Source: Candidatus Woesearchaeota archaeon
Lineage (GTDB): Archaea > Nanobdellota > Nanobdellia > SCGC-AAA011-G17 > JACPIM01
Direction of reading: 5' to 3'
Length of the DNA: 40,860 bases
Assembly: GCA_965603615.1 (NCBI GenBank)
Contig: CBFDDQ010000001.1
Location: forward strand, 1-40,860
The stretch's first letter is position 1. Every line of letters begins with the position of its first letter. The notes below the pieces were generated by a model. It had not been told where the DNA came from, searched no databases, and worked only from the letters and a program-made list of their open reading frames with translations. Below, one piece after another: positions 8,053 to 18,100 of this stretch. Both the position numbers and the translations under genes were made by a program.

Positions 8053-8135
8053 GGAAATAAATGTCCGCGAGAACAAATAATTTCCAGATAAAAGATGTTC
8101 TGGGAAATTTATATATCTTGCGGTAGGAGAAAAAA

Positions 8136-8492
8136 ATGCAAGAAGTTAGTAAAACAATATTAACAGAACTAAATCAGTTCACAGGTACAGAAAATTACTA
8201 TAGAAACTTTACAGGATTACTATATACAGATGGAATAAAGTTCTTAGCAGATAAGCTAGGCTGTTACTGGTTAATAGATTTAGTAGGGAGTTATCAACAG
8301 AGATTAAGAAATATTGGTTTTCAATTATGGAAAATTGAAGTAAATGAAGACAATTCTGCAGTTGTAACCTGCAAAGAAGACACAGGAAGACCAGATTTAG
8401 TAAGACAGGAATTACCTTATACAGATTTCAAAATAAAAGAACTAGAACTTTACTGTATAAATGGAGTTCTACTTCTAAAATCTGAATATTAG
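8136..8492 (+). CDS. DUF6876-like protein (plasmid/phage-associated family)
   Basis: 118 aa. LNQFTGTENYYRNFTGLLYTDGIKFLADKLGCYWLIDLV resembles the FTGTE-x-YYR...YTDGV...AYWL-D signature. Preceded by ggtaggag. Confidence 0.55.
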   Translation: MQEVSKTILTELNQFTGTENYYRNFTGLLYTDGIKFLADKLGCYWLIDLVGSYQQRLRNIGFQLWKIEVNEDNSAVVTCKEDTGRPDLVRQELPYTDFKIKELELYCINGVLLLKSEY

Positions 8493-8503
8493 GAGGGATA
8501 AAA

Positions 8504-8671
8504 ATGCAAGAAGAAAATTTACAAGGAATAGAACCCAATATGAGACTTAACATCAAAGAAAATGCAAAGAAAGAAAAATATTGGGATGCAACAGTGAGAG
8601 GACAGAACATAGAAGAAATCAAAGACAGAATACAGAAACTAAAAGAACTAGCAATAAAGGAGTGTGAGTAA
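8504..8671 (+). CDS. Small hypothetical protein
   Basis: 55-aa ORF not in the track (MQEENLQGIEPNMRLNIKENAKKEKYWDATVRGQNIEEIKDRIQKLKELAIKECE). A strong aggaggg lies 7 nt upstream. The stop is 1 nt before the next ATG. Confidence 0.5.
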   Translation: MQEENLQGIEPNMRLNIKENAKKEKYWDATVRGQNIEEIKDRIQKLKELAIKECE

Positions 8672-8672
8672 G

Positions 8673-9521
8673 ATGATAACAGTAACAACTTATGAAGAAT
8701 TAACCTTTTACATAAAGATGTTCAAAGATGGAAATGCAGACTTATTAATTATAGAATCAAAAGGAGGATATGGCAAGTCAACAACAGTAGACAGAATAAT
8801 GCAAGAAATAAGACACTTGAAGGTTCTGGCACACATGACCCCACTTCAATTCTATATCTCTGGATATATCTATAGAGATTGTCCTATTGTCTTTGATGAC
8901 CTTGATACTTTGATAACAAACAAGGATAATGTTGCACTTTTGAAACAATTTGCAGAAACTCAGAAAACAAAAGAAATTTCCTGGTTTTCAACAAGTAAAA
9001 TCCTAAAAGATAATAGTATACCAAAAAGATATGAGACAAAAAGTAGAATAATAATAATCTGTAATAGTTTTGATATAGTCAACAAGAATGTTAGTTCTTT
9101 AGCAGATAGAGGATTTCATATCATATTCAAACCAACCAAACAAGAGCTGATGTCTAAAATCAAAGAGATTTCTATAAAGTATAGTAAAGACATAGATACA
9201 ACTAAAATAATTGAAATTATTGACAAACACAAAAGCTTTGGAGACATCTCACTAAGAACTTTTGTTAAGGGTACATTTCTTTACAAGCAGGACAAAGAAA
9301 ATTTCAAGATAAGACTATTACAAGATATGGAACTCAATCCCAAACTAATATTACTTGATAAGCTATTACAAGAATATAATAATGATAAAGATAGACTACA
9401 AGTATGGAAAGAACAAGGATTTAGCAGAGCAACTTATTATAGACATAAACAAAGTCTCAAAGTCTCACCAGAAGTAAAAAATGTAAAAGAAGTAGTGATA
9501 CCAATTATTCAGAAAGTATGA
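8673..9521 (+). CDS. P-loop NTPase (plasmid/virus replication or packaging-type ATPase)
   Basis: Walker A is ESKGGYGKSTT and Walker B-like is PIVFDDLD. A sensor-like IIIICNS follows. The C-terminal FSRATYYRHK is HTH-like. I prefer the ATG at 8673 to the GTG at 8664 used in the track. Confidence 0.7.
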   Translation: MITVTTYEELTFYIKMFKDGNADLLIIESKGGYGKSTTVDRIMQEIRHLKVLAHMTPLQFYISGYIYRDCPIVFDDLDTLITNKDNVALLKQFAETQKTKEISWFSTSKILKDNSIPKRYETKSRIIIICNSFDIVNKNVSSLADRGFHIIFKPTKQELMSKIKEISIKYSKDIDTTKIIEIIDKHKSFGDISLRTFVKGTFLYKQDKENFKIRLLQDMELNPKLILLDKLLQEYNNDKDRLQVWKEQGFSRATYYRHKQSLKVSPEVKNVKEVVIPIIQKV

Positions 9522-9546
9522 TATTATGAGACTTATTTTTTATTTC

Positions 9547-10008
9547 TTAAATAAAAGAGATTATTACTAAGATTAAACCAAAAGCTACAATAAAATACTT
9601 AATCTTTTTAATCTTATTAACATGAAATAGCCAGGTATCAAATCTTTTATCTGAACTTCTTGTTTTATCCTCTTCAAGTTTTTTATTCCATCTGTTACCT
9701 ATACTACTAACTAATTTAGTTCCTAACTTATCTTCTATTTCCTGCCCTATTTTGATATTAATGAGAGAATATCTTGCATTAATGTGGGTTAGATTATCTA
9801 CAAAACCCATAATAAAATATAATACAATTAAAGTTAAACCAGAAAATAAAAAATTATAATCACTCATAAATTTAATAGCCACACTTATTCCTATTAAGGG
9901 TAAGAGACCAAGTTCCCATATAGAAAGTTTGTTCATTTGGTTTCTATAAAATCTTATATTTTCTAAACATTCTTTCCAATCTTCAAATAATTTTTCTTTG
10001 CTATTCAT
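9547..10008 (-). CDS. Membrane protein
   Basis: 153 aa with three hydrophobic segments. No family recognised. Confidence 0.5.
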   Translation of the reverse strand: MNSKEKLFEDWKECLENIRFYRNQMNKLSIWELGLLPLIGISVAIKFMSDYNFLFSGLTLIVLYFIMGFVDNLTHINARYSLINIKIGQEIEDKLGTKLVSSIGNRWNKKLEEDKTRSSDKRFDTWLFHVNKIKKIKYFIVAFGLILVIISFI

Positions 10009-10160
10009 ACCATTTTTTTATCTATAAACCACTTTAAAAATTTATCTTTTTAAAAGGTCAATTCATCTATTTAATTATTATTTAAAAAATATCTTTAATG
10101 TGTAATTAATTTGTAGGTATAAGTTATCTATATATTCTTATACAGTTTTGTTAATTTATA

Positions 10161-10424
10161 TTATTCATCTGGGAAAATAACTCTACTATCAACTCCTAGA
10201 ACCTTAGCAATTTTAATTTTCAGTAAAATTGGAGCTTCTTCTTTATTATGAATTATTCTGTTAATATATGATTTATCCACATTAATCTTTTGAGCTAATT
10301 CGGTTTGTTTTAAGCATTTATCTCTTAATAAAGTTAATAATGCTTCATTAGTATCTCTTCTCTGTTTTTCTGGTTGAGAATCGTTGTTGGTACCAACTAT
10401 ATCACTAGTTACTTTATATTTCAT
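10161..10424 (-). CDS. XRE-family helix-turn-helix regulator
   Basis: 87 aa. LKQTELAQKINVDKSYINRIIHNKE...KIAKVLGVD is a classic HTH_3/XRE pattern. Overlaps the upstream gene by 11 nt. Confidence 0.75.
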   Translation of the reverse strand: MKYKVTSDIVGTNNDSQPEKQRRDTNEALLTLLRDKCLKQTELAQKINVDKSYINRIIHNKEEAPILLKIKIAKVLGVDSRVIFPDE

Positions 10425-11241
10425 TTGCTTTGCTTTCCTTCTTTATAATATAATCAACTACTTGTTTCAAAGTTTGTGATAAACATGCAAAGTTAATTCT
10501 AAGTTTGTTTATATCACTTCCAAAACAATCTAATCTGTGAATTACCTCAGAAGATAATGAACCATTCTTAAGAAGAGATATTAATACTGGAAATCCTACT
10601 GGTACTTTTAGTTTAAACTCTTCTCTTACTCCTTGTTTCTTAGTATATAATTTATACTGAGAAACTAAAAAATCAACAGTTATACAGTTAAGACCATCTA
10701 ATCTAATACCAATCAAATCTTTATTTAATTCAATAGTTTTAACAAGAACATCAGCAGGAGTTATAGTAACATTAGCATATTTTTGTATTAAAAGTTTAAA
10801 TTGATTATAAAAAGAAAGTATTGCAGGAATAGATATAGACTGCTTTGATGAAATATACATTGTAGCCTTCTTACTTTTTGCTCCAATTCCAAAATCAATT
10901 TTCAAAAGATTAGGTATATTCTCAAGTGTAGTTCTTTTTATAGTGTTTCTTCTATAAGAAGGAATATTACAAGTTAATATAAGATTTTGAAACTTCCAGT
11001 TAAAGATACTATCATTGCTTTTTTCAACTAAATGATACAAACCTCTCACATCATTTTTTATTTTAACATCAAGCATTCTCTTTAATGCTGATTTAACTGT
11101 ATTAACATTCTCATCAATCATAAAAGCTATTTTCTTAGGAAATGCACCTTCAGGATGTTTTTCTAAACAGATAGTTATTCTTCTTTCTAATTCAACAGCA
11201 CTACTACTCTTAGTTGAAACTTTTAGTTTATTGTTTATCAT
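10414..11241 (-). CDS. Hypothetical protein with N-terminal wHTH (possible element replication/regulatory protein)
   Basis: 275 aa. FPKKIAFMIDENVNTVKSALKRML...GLYHL is wHTH-like. The rest is unassigned. The gene is translationally coupled to the RHH gene upstream. Confidence 0.6.
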   Translation of the reverse strand: MINNKLKVSTKSSSAVELERRITICLEKHPEGAFPKKIAFMIDENVNTVKSALKRMLDVKIKNDVRGLYHLVEKSNDSIFNWKFQNLILTCNIPSYRRNTIKRTTLENIPNLLKIDFGIGAKSKKATMYISSKQSISIPAILSFYNQFKLLIQKYANVTITPADVLVKTIELNKDLIGIRLDGLNCITVDFLVSQYKLYTKKQGVREEFKLKVPVGFPVLISLLKNGSLSSEVIHRLDCFGSDINKLRINFACLSQTLKQVVDYIIKKESKANEI

Positions 11242-11375
11242 CTTAAAGACTCCTCCAATCTTTTTCTAACAACTGCACTAGCAGAGTTACCAGTTGTTTC
11301 TGCTTCTTGTTTAACCTGATTCCATATAGAGTCTGTTACAAAAACAACTCTGCGTTTCTTTAATATAGTAGGCAT
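11238..11375 (-). CDS. Ribbon-helix-helix (CopG/Arc/MetJ-like) protein
   Basis: 45-aa ORF not in the track: MPTILKKRRVVFVTDSIWNQVKQEAETTGNSASAVVRKRLEESLR. This is the canonical RHH pattern. Its TGA overlaps the ATG of the next gene (ATGA). An upstream in-frame ATG at 11394..11396 is an alternative start. Confidence 0.6.
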   Translation of the reverse strand: MPTILKKRRVVFVTDSIWNQVKQEAETTGNSASAVVRKRLEESLR

Positions 11376-11709
11376 AGTTCTCTCTAGCATATTCATAGTT
11401 GCATAAATCTTAAAAAGAAAGAAAATTAACTAAGTCTTGGAATAGTTTAATTATTTTCTTTTTTTTCTTTTGTTTTATCTATAACTTTTGCAAACCTCCT
11501 TTTATAGTCTTGCCACCATTCTGATAAATTAACATCATTATTCATTATTCCCACCTTCTAATTTTGAAATTATCATATTCTATAATAAAATTAATATTGT
11601 TTATAATTACCTTTGTAGTAGAGAAGAAGTCTTACGATTTTTTCCAGATTTTTATCGTTCACTAAAAAAATACACAAAAGATTTAAAGAAATTAGATATT
11701 AATAATCCT

Positions 11710-12192
11710 ATGGTAATATCAGGAAAAATACACAAAAGTATATTATTTTTATTAGGTCAAGCAGTAGGAAGTAGAGTAGGAGTAGAAAAAGAAAAACAAT
11801 CAAGTTTCTTGGTTTATACCCCCTACAAACAATTAACAAATATACTTAAAAAAAAGCCTATATCACAATCAGAAATTTACAATATATTAAGTGATTCTTT
11901 TTTAAGAGATGGTTGGTTCAATCGTGGAAAAAAGTCAATTAATATTAAAGTATATGATAAATCAAAAAGAAAAGACCAAAGAGATGCTATAAAAAAAGCA
12001 TTAAATGAACTGGCTGATAAAAAATTTATAAGCATAAAAAATAAAGGTCATGAAGATTCAAAAAAATATTATCTAACCTCAAAAGGTTATAAAGAATATC
12101 TTAAAATTTGGGTAGGACATTTACCTTTTATAAAAATTTATAATAAAATGAGTCCTAATGAAAAAGAGGACTTATTTGAATTACCTTTTTAA
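11710..12192 (+). CDS. Hypothetical protein with C-terminal wHTH
   Basis: 160 aa. AIKKALNELADKKFISIKNKG...YYLTSKGYKEY is PadR/MarR-like. Confidence 0.55.
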   Translation: MVISGKIHKSILFLLGQAVGSRVGVEKEKQSSFLVYTPYKQLTNILKKKPISQSEIYNILSDSFLRDGWFNRGKKSINIKVYDKSKRKDQRDAIKKALNELADKKFISIKNKGHEDSKKYYLTSKGYKEYLKIWVGHLPFIKIYNKMSPNEKEDLFELPF

Positions 12193-12193
12193 G

Positions 12194-13543
12194 TTATTCT
12201 CTAAACTTATCCATTATATTCACAAATTTCTCTTCAGGATGTTTCAAAGCATAAGCAAAGATATCTTTAAATTCTTTTTCTGTTTTCTTATCTTTCTCCT
12301 CTTGCTCTACAACAGTCTTCAAATCCAAAGCCATATAACACTTAACACATAAACTATTAGTTGAACTGTTAACAAATCCACACCTTACACATTTTTTAGG
12401 TTTTAATATATCTTCAGTTTCTCTTTTATCTAACAAACCAGCTTTCTCTAAAACAGTTTTTTCAATATCAGCACCAGCTAAATGAATATAAGTTGAAGGT
12501 GTTGAAGAACCAGGAAACCAACCACACCAGATTCTTAATTGTGCTTCATTAAATCCTTGTCTTGATAATTCTGTAGCTCTACAATGTCTAAAAGAATGAG
12601 GATAACACTTCTTTAGAGAAATTCCTGCCTTATTTCCTATCACTTTAATTACTTTCTTTAAGCCATCTTCTCCTAAAGCCTTTCCAAACCAGGAACCTAT
12701 ATTAATCCACAAAGGAGATTCTCCATCTTCTTTATTTGGATGTGCCTCATACCACTTTTTAAGGTCAGGAACACATTCTATCAATCTCAATCTTCTAGAA
12801 TCAGTTTTCCCTTGAGGTATCAAAATAATAGCTCCTTTATCATCAAAAACTAAATGTTTTATTCTTAATCTCAAAAACTCTCCTCTTCTCGCACCAGTTT
12901 CATAAAGAGTAAATAACAAAGCTTTGTCTCTAACATTATCTGATACTTGTATTAATTTTTTAACATCCTTCACTGATAGAACATCCTCAGGTAGCTTAAT
13001 ACCATTTTTTCTTGTGAGATTAATCCAGCTCACAATCTTAGGATATTTTCCTTTTTCCTCAAAATTATAAAACCATTTAAAGAAAGCCTTAGTATTAATC
13101 TTACAGGTTAAAATTGTCTTTGGTTTTAATTTATATTTTTTCTCTAAATCAATAAGAAAGTTCTCTATATCCTTCTTTGTTATTTTTTCAAAATCTTTTC
13201 CTATCCTTATAACCATAAGTTTTGCATAATTAAGATAACTTCTACGCGTGTCTATTGAAGTTGTATGATTCATTAAATGTTTATAATATATCTTTAATAC
13301 CTTTATTTGACATTTAGTTAATCTGTCATCATTAAATATAGCTTCTATTCTCCTATCAATCTTATCAGCCAAATCATCCTCAAAGGTTTTAGAAGCTGAA
13401 GAATTGTATAATCTCTGAAATTTAATATATCTACTAAGTACCTTTCTCTCATTTCTTCCTAAAGTACCTGTTTTAAACAAATCTTCTGATTCTTGCAAAG
13501 TTAACCTCTTAAAATCTTTTAACATTGGTTTTGAAACTGTCAT
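12194..13543 (-). CDS. int: Tyrosine recombinase/integrase with C-terminal zinc ribbon
   Basis: 449 aa. Catalytic signature: TGARRGEFLRLR (Arg I), HSFRHCRATEL (H-x-x-R) and STYIHL (Tyr). There is an N-terminal SAM-like core-binding region. The C-terminal ribbon is CVRCGF...CVKC. Confidence 0.9.
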   Translation of the reverse strand: MTVSKPMLKDFKRLTLQESEDLFKTGTLGRNERKVLSRYIKFQRLYNSSASKTFEDDLADKIDRRIEAIFNDDRLTKCQIKVLKIYYKHLMNHTTSIDTRRSYLNYAKLMVIRIGKDFEKITKKDIENFLIDLEKKYKLKPKTILTCKINTKAFFKWFYNFEEKGKYPKIVSWINLTRKNGIKLPEDVLSVKDVKKLIQVSDNVRDKALLFTLYETGARRGEFLRLRIKHLVFDDKGAIILIPQGKTDSRRLRLIECVPDLKKWYEAHPNKEDGESPLWINIGSWFGKALGEDGLKKVIKVIGNKAGISLKKCYPHSFRHCRATELSRQGFNEAQLRIWCGWFPGSSTPSTYIHLAGADIEKTVLEKAGLLDKRETEDILKPKKCVRCGFVNSSTNSLCVKCYMALDLKTVVEQEEKDKKTEKEFKDIFAYALKHPEEKFVNIMDKFRE

Positions 13544-13577
13544 CTTATTCCTCCTATTAGGACTTATATTTATATGA

Positions 13578-14270
13578 TTTAGTGCACTATTGGTTACTCT
13601 TCATACATTACACCCAATGCTCTCAGGTTTATTTGGAACTAGCACTCTATTCATCTCTTTATTCCAAAAAACTTCTTTACCAGAACAAATTATCTCCTTT
13701 CCAATAATAGAAAAAGCAAAAGCCTACAAATCTATTTTAACAAGTTTATTCTCAGGAGGCTTAGTATCCATGCTCCCTGGAATGGGTTCAGCTCAAGCAG
13801 CTATTATAGGTTCAACATTAATAAGAGAAATAGAAACAAAAACATTTTTAATTATGATAGGTGGAATAAACACAGTTAATTTCATCTTAAGTTTTGCATC
13901 TCTCTACATTCTTTCAAAAGCAAGAAATGGGGCTATAGTAGCAGTATCTAAATTATTAGAATCATTTACATTAAAAGATTTAATTTTATTTGTAGGTGTA
14001 GCCCTTGTAGCAGGTGGCATAGCAACTATCTTAGCAATCAACCTATCAAAAATATTTTCAAAAACAATCACAAAACTAAATTACAAAGCTCTTTGCATCT
14101 CAATTATTTCATTCATCTCAATCTTAGTCTTCATCCTAACAGGATTTTTAGGCTTATTTATCTTAGTTATAGCAACCTGCATAGGTATTATACCAATAAC
14201 AAAAAACATCGGAAGAAATCACCTGATGGGCTGCTTAATCTTGCCAGTTATTCTTTACTTTCTACTTTAG
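13578..14270 (+). pseudogene. 5'-truncated TctA/DUF112-family membrane transporter gene
   Basis: The frame is open only from 13578, and its only start is a TTG at 13590. The sequence (LSGLFGTSTLFISL..., MLPGMGSAQAAIIGS, several TMs) looks like the C-terminal half of a roughly 400-aa DUF112 protein. It begins about 35-45 nt from the integrase start. Confidence 0.5.
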
Positions 14271-14694
14271 AATCAAAATCAATATGAGGGAATAATTTTT
14301 CTAAATATCCATGAACAGCATCAGGACAATCTAAACTAATTCTATAAATAGTTCTTAACTTTTCTTCATAATCAGGGTCATCTACAAGTTGAAAATATTG
14401 AATAGCATAAAATGTTATTTTCTTTAGATTAACCCCAACAAGATAAGTTTTCCCTCCTACTAAATCATATCCAAACTGTATTCCTGGATCATCATCAAAA
14501 CTTGGTCTCCTAGCTTCAATTAATCTTTCAATATTTTCTTCTGATGGTTCTCTAACATCATCTACTAATTCTATTCCTGATGCCATACCCCATTTATCTC
14601 TTAGACGAACTGCAATTTTACCTTTAGGAACCCCATTAGCTAGATTAATTAATTCAGAAGTTTCAACTTGTTGCCCTTCACTTTTTTCTACCAT
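14248..14694 (-). CDS. Hypothetical protein
   Basis: 148-aa ORF, acidic. No family recognised. Convergent with the transporter remnant and overlapping it by 23 nt. Confidence 0.55.
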   Translation of the reverse strand: MVEKSEGQQVETSELINLANGVPKGKIAVRLRDKWGMASGIELVDDVREPSEENIERLIEARRPSFDDDPGIQFGYDLVGGKTYLVGVNLKKITFYAIQYFQLVDDPDYEEKLRTIYRISLDCPDAVHGYLEKLFPHIDFDSKVESKE

Positions 14695-14724
14695 TTTTAA
14701 CCAATTATATCCTCAAATATATAC

Positions 14725-15180
14725 TTAAAAATCTTTCGGTAAATTTTCAAACAACTCAAAAGCTTTCAAACTTATATTCCTAACATCAATAGGCACACAG
14801 TCCTCATTTAACTCTTCCTTAGAAAACCATCTATAATTTTTTAATTCATTAAAATCAATTTGTAAATTTTCTGGATTTAAAGGTTTACAAACATAAAATA
14901 AACAACAATGGTCATGATCTCCAACACTATGCACATTTGCATAAAAAGGTATTGCTAAATGTTTTTTCATATTTCCCTCAAAAGGAATATCAGTTTGATT
15001 TAAAATTTTAACTTCTAATCCAACTTCTTCTCTAATTTCTCTTAATAAAGCCTCATCAGGAGTTTCATTTTCATCAATATGTCCTCCAACAGGAAGCCAT
15101 AAATCCAACTTTTTATGATGGATTAACAAAATTTTTTCATCATGAATTACATAACCTCCAACAGTTAAATCAGTTTTCAT
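14725..15180 (-). CDS. NUDIX hydrolase
   Basis: The Nudix box GGHIDENETPDEALLREIREEVGL fits G-x5-E-x7-REUxEExGU. Its start overlaps the polD2 stop by 4 nt. Confidence 0.85.
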   Translation of the reverse strand: MKTDLTVGGYVIHDEKILLIHHKKLDLWLPVGGHIDENETPDEALLREIREEVGLEVKILNQTDIPFEGNMKKHLAIPFYANVHSVGDHDHCCLFYVCKPLNPENLQIDFNELKNYRWFSKEELNEDCVPIDVRNISLKAFELFENLPKDF

Positions 15181-18100
15181 TTTATAAACTCCCCAAGCCC
15201 TTGCTGCTTCTCTTTCTCCTTACCAAACACACTCTCAATTCTTGCTTTAGTCAACTGCAATGTCTGCTGCAAATAAGCAGGTAACTTATATTTTTTGGCT
15301 AAATCCAAACTACTCTGTAAATATTTCACAACAGAACCTTGAGCTATTGTAAATAATAATTTACCATCACATTTAACACACTTTCCTAAAAGTGGGGGTC
15401 TCCTATATTTTTCATTGCAGCTTACACATCTAAACTGTTGCATACTAAACTTACGTAAATTACCTTTTATATCTCTCACAAAATGTCTTTCAATTACCAG
15501 GCGAGCAACATCCATCTCATCAACAGCTCTTAATTTCTCAGCAATTTCCATCTGCCCATTAACTTTTTCTTGCATTGTAGGTAATCTTTTATAAGCACTG
15601 CACTTAACACAATTATTTATATCTTCAACATCATGAGTAAACATAAAACCTTCATACTGTTCTTTTTTTCCTAAAACATCATTTACTTTTTTTATTTTAA
15701 CATCCCAAGGCATCTTAAATTCAGAAGCAGCTTCATAAAACTCCAAAGGATATTTATCAACTATGTCCATATTATATACCATATCATCAACCTCGGAAGG
15801 AATTAAACGAGTTGTCAAAACCAGAGGCTCATCTTGGTTTGCACCCCTATGTGCAGGCAAATACTTTCTAGAAAAATTCAATAAAGCATCCATTAACAAC
15901 ATAATACCAGCTTCATCTCCATCACAATCTCTACGCATAAAACAATGAAAATAAGGATGAGCCAAAAGTCCTTGCAATTCAGAAAAACCAATTATTCTTC
16001 CAACTATACCAGCACATGTATGTGGGCTCATAGCAATAACCAATTGGCCAATCAAATCATCTTCATTTTCTAGATTATAAAATCCTTCCAAATCATATAA
16101 TTTCTCAAGTTCTTCATCAATAAATTTACTAATCTTAAATAAAGTTTCATCAGCTTTGTCATCTAAAGTATCAGGACACGATGGCAAAATTATATCTTGT
16201 GGCTTCAATTCTAAAATTTGATCTCGTTTTTTCAACTCATTACCATATATATCTTCATTATAACCTAACTCCTTCAGTTTACTTAAAGAAATCCTAATTT
16301 CTTTAGGTTTGAAATGAGTTATAGGCATTTCAGTCATATCATATCTTATAGTACCATCTTTATTAACATACAATCCATATTTAGCTCTTAATATTCCTTT
16401 AACTAAATTTTCTGGTACATGATCTTTATTACTTGTCCCTCTCACACCTTTAATTAATTCAGGATAATGTCTTGTTCCTAATTTCTTTAAAGCACAATCA
16501 AAATAATGTTTTATATCAATTTTTTTAGTTTTATAATTCAATTTATCATGCACAGGATTATTACAATCACTAGAGCCGCATAGCCTACAGTAATTGTTTT
16601 GTTTTGTTTTGTTTCCACAAACCTCACAATTAGAATAAATAGTTTCTAATTTGCAATTCTCACAATATCTCAAAGGAAACTGGCCTCTAACAAAACCTTT
16701 GTCCAAAGCACTCTGAAAACACCTCAACCTCCCCCCTTCTTTCCCAACAGGAAATAAAACTTGCGGGCTTCCTGTCATTTTTCTCATCTTTGATTTTTCA
16801 GGTCTGCCCATTCTTCCGCCAATAAAAACTCCTGATTTGTCATGTATTTTAACACCAGATAATTTGTTTACAACAGAAAGAACATTTGGAAAATCATCTA
16901 AATTAATATTAAACACAGAAGTTCCTCCAATACTAAATAAAAAAGCTTTAGCCCACTCATTTTCAATTACAACATGCTCTTTGGCAACAACCCTGTGAGG
17001 CACACCTAAAATTTCCAAAGCTCTCTTAGGATCCTCATCACTTAATTCTAAATCAATATCATAAATATAAGGTAAAACTACTTTCTCTTCATCTAATTTT
17101 CCTTTTTTTAACCATTCAATTAAACTTTTAAATTGTTTTTTATTTATATCTTTCCAATGAAAAACATAATGAGGATGTAAAGGTATTTTATTTTCATTGC
17201 ATAATTTAATTGCTTCATCAACATCTACTTCTCTTTTATCAATACCAGTTTCAGCCATCCACCACTCCTCATTATAACCACAAGGGACTAAAACATGTGC
17301 TCTATCAAAAAAATCACCATAATTAATTAACACATCACCAAGATATAATATTTCTTCAATATTTTTAACATATTTTTTGGCCATCTCCTCATTCTCTAAA
17401 AAAACAACACTTCCATTATTTAATTTAACAATAGGTCCTTCAATACTATCACAACTCATATAAGTAGAAGCTTTACCAGGTCTCTCAACTTTTAATTGAG
17501 TTCCAGAAGCAATAAAACCATTAAGAACAACCATAGTAGCAGGATGTATTGCTTGTGCAGAAAGACCACTTGTTCTGCATCTTCCATATCTAAGCCTAAA
17601 TCCTCCTTTAGCAAGAGGATGAGTAAACACAGGTCTCCCAGCAACTAAATCCTTAATAAAAGTATAATCAGGTCTTATTTTATCTTTAGACTCCTCTGCT
17701 TTCTCACCTTTAGCCTTTATTTTTTTCTGTAATTTAACAAATTTTTCTAAAAAATCCCAGTGTTTCATATCAAAATCTTTATTCCACTTAGAAAATTTAC
17801 CCCAAAATTTAGCAGCTTTCTGTGCCAACCCTTCACCCATAACAAGACACCTGCCATTACTCAGCACATTACCTTCTACTCTTTCCAAATCTTTATAATT
17901 ACTTACCTCATATTTTTCAGTGCTCTCACCTTCAATCTGAACAGGTAAATTTTTTACCAAAAATTCTATCTCATCTTCACTTGGAAAATATTGTAAATTG
18001 GTTACTCTCTCATGAAAATCTCTCAACTCAGTAATCATTCTTTTAGATTCCTCATCACTTGCATCATAAGCACTATAACCTGTCTTAGATCTAACATAAT

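Larger units (their letters stand above)
7726..13589. mobile_element. Candidate integrated plasmid/provirus-like module ending at a tyrosine integrase; left boundary uncertain and may lie further left or outside the window
   Basis: The gene content is two RHH proteins, a DUF6876-like protein, a P-loop ATPase, an XRE regulator, wHTH proteins and an integrase. The integrase abuts a 5'-truncated host gene. I could not find att direct repeats by eye. Confidence 0.45.

Noticed and set aside
11447-11545. 32-aa minus-strand ORF (MNNDVNLSEWWQDYKRRFAKVIDKTKEKKENN) with an upstream ggtggg.
   Set aside because: It is too short and compositionally ordinary, and conservation cannot be assessed from the sequence alone.
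7726-13600. att direct repeats delimiting the integrase module.
   Set aside because: I compared 13544..13640 with 7726..7910 by eye. Only trivial 8-mers such as acttatat are shared. The boundaries cannot be defined without a computational repeat search or a comparative empty site.
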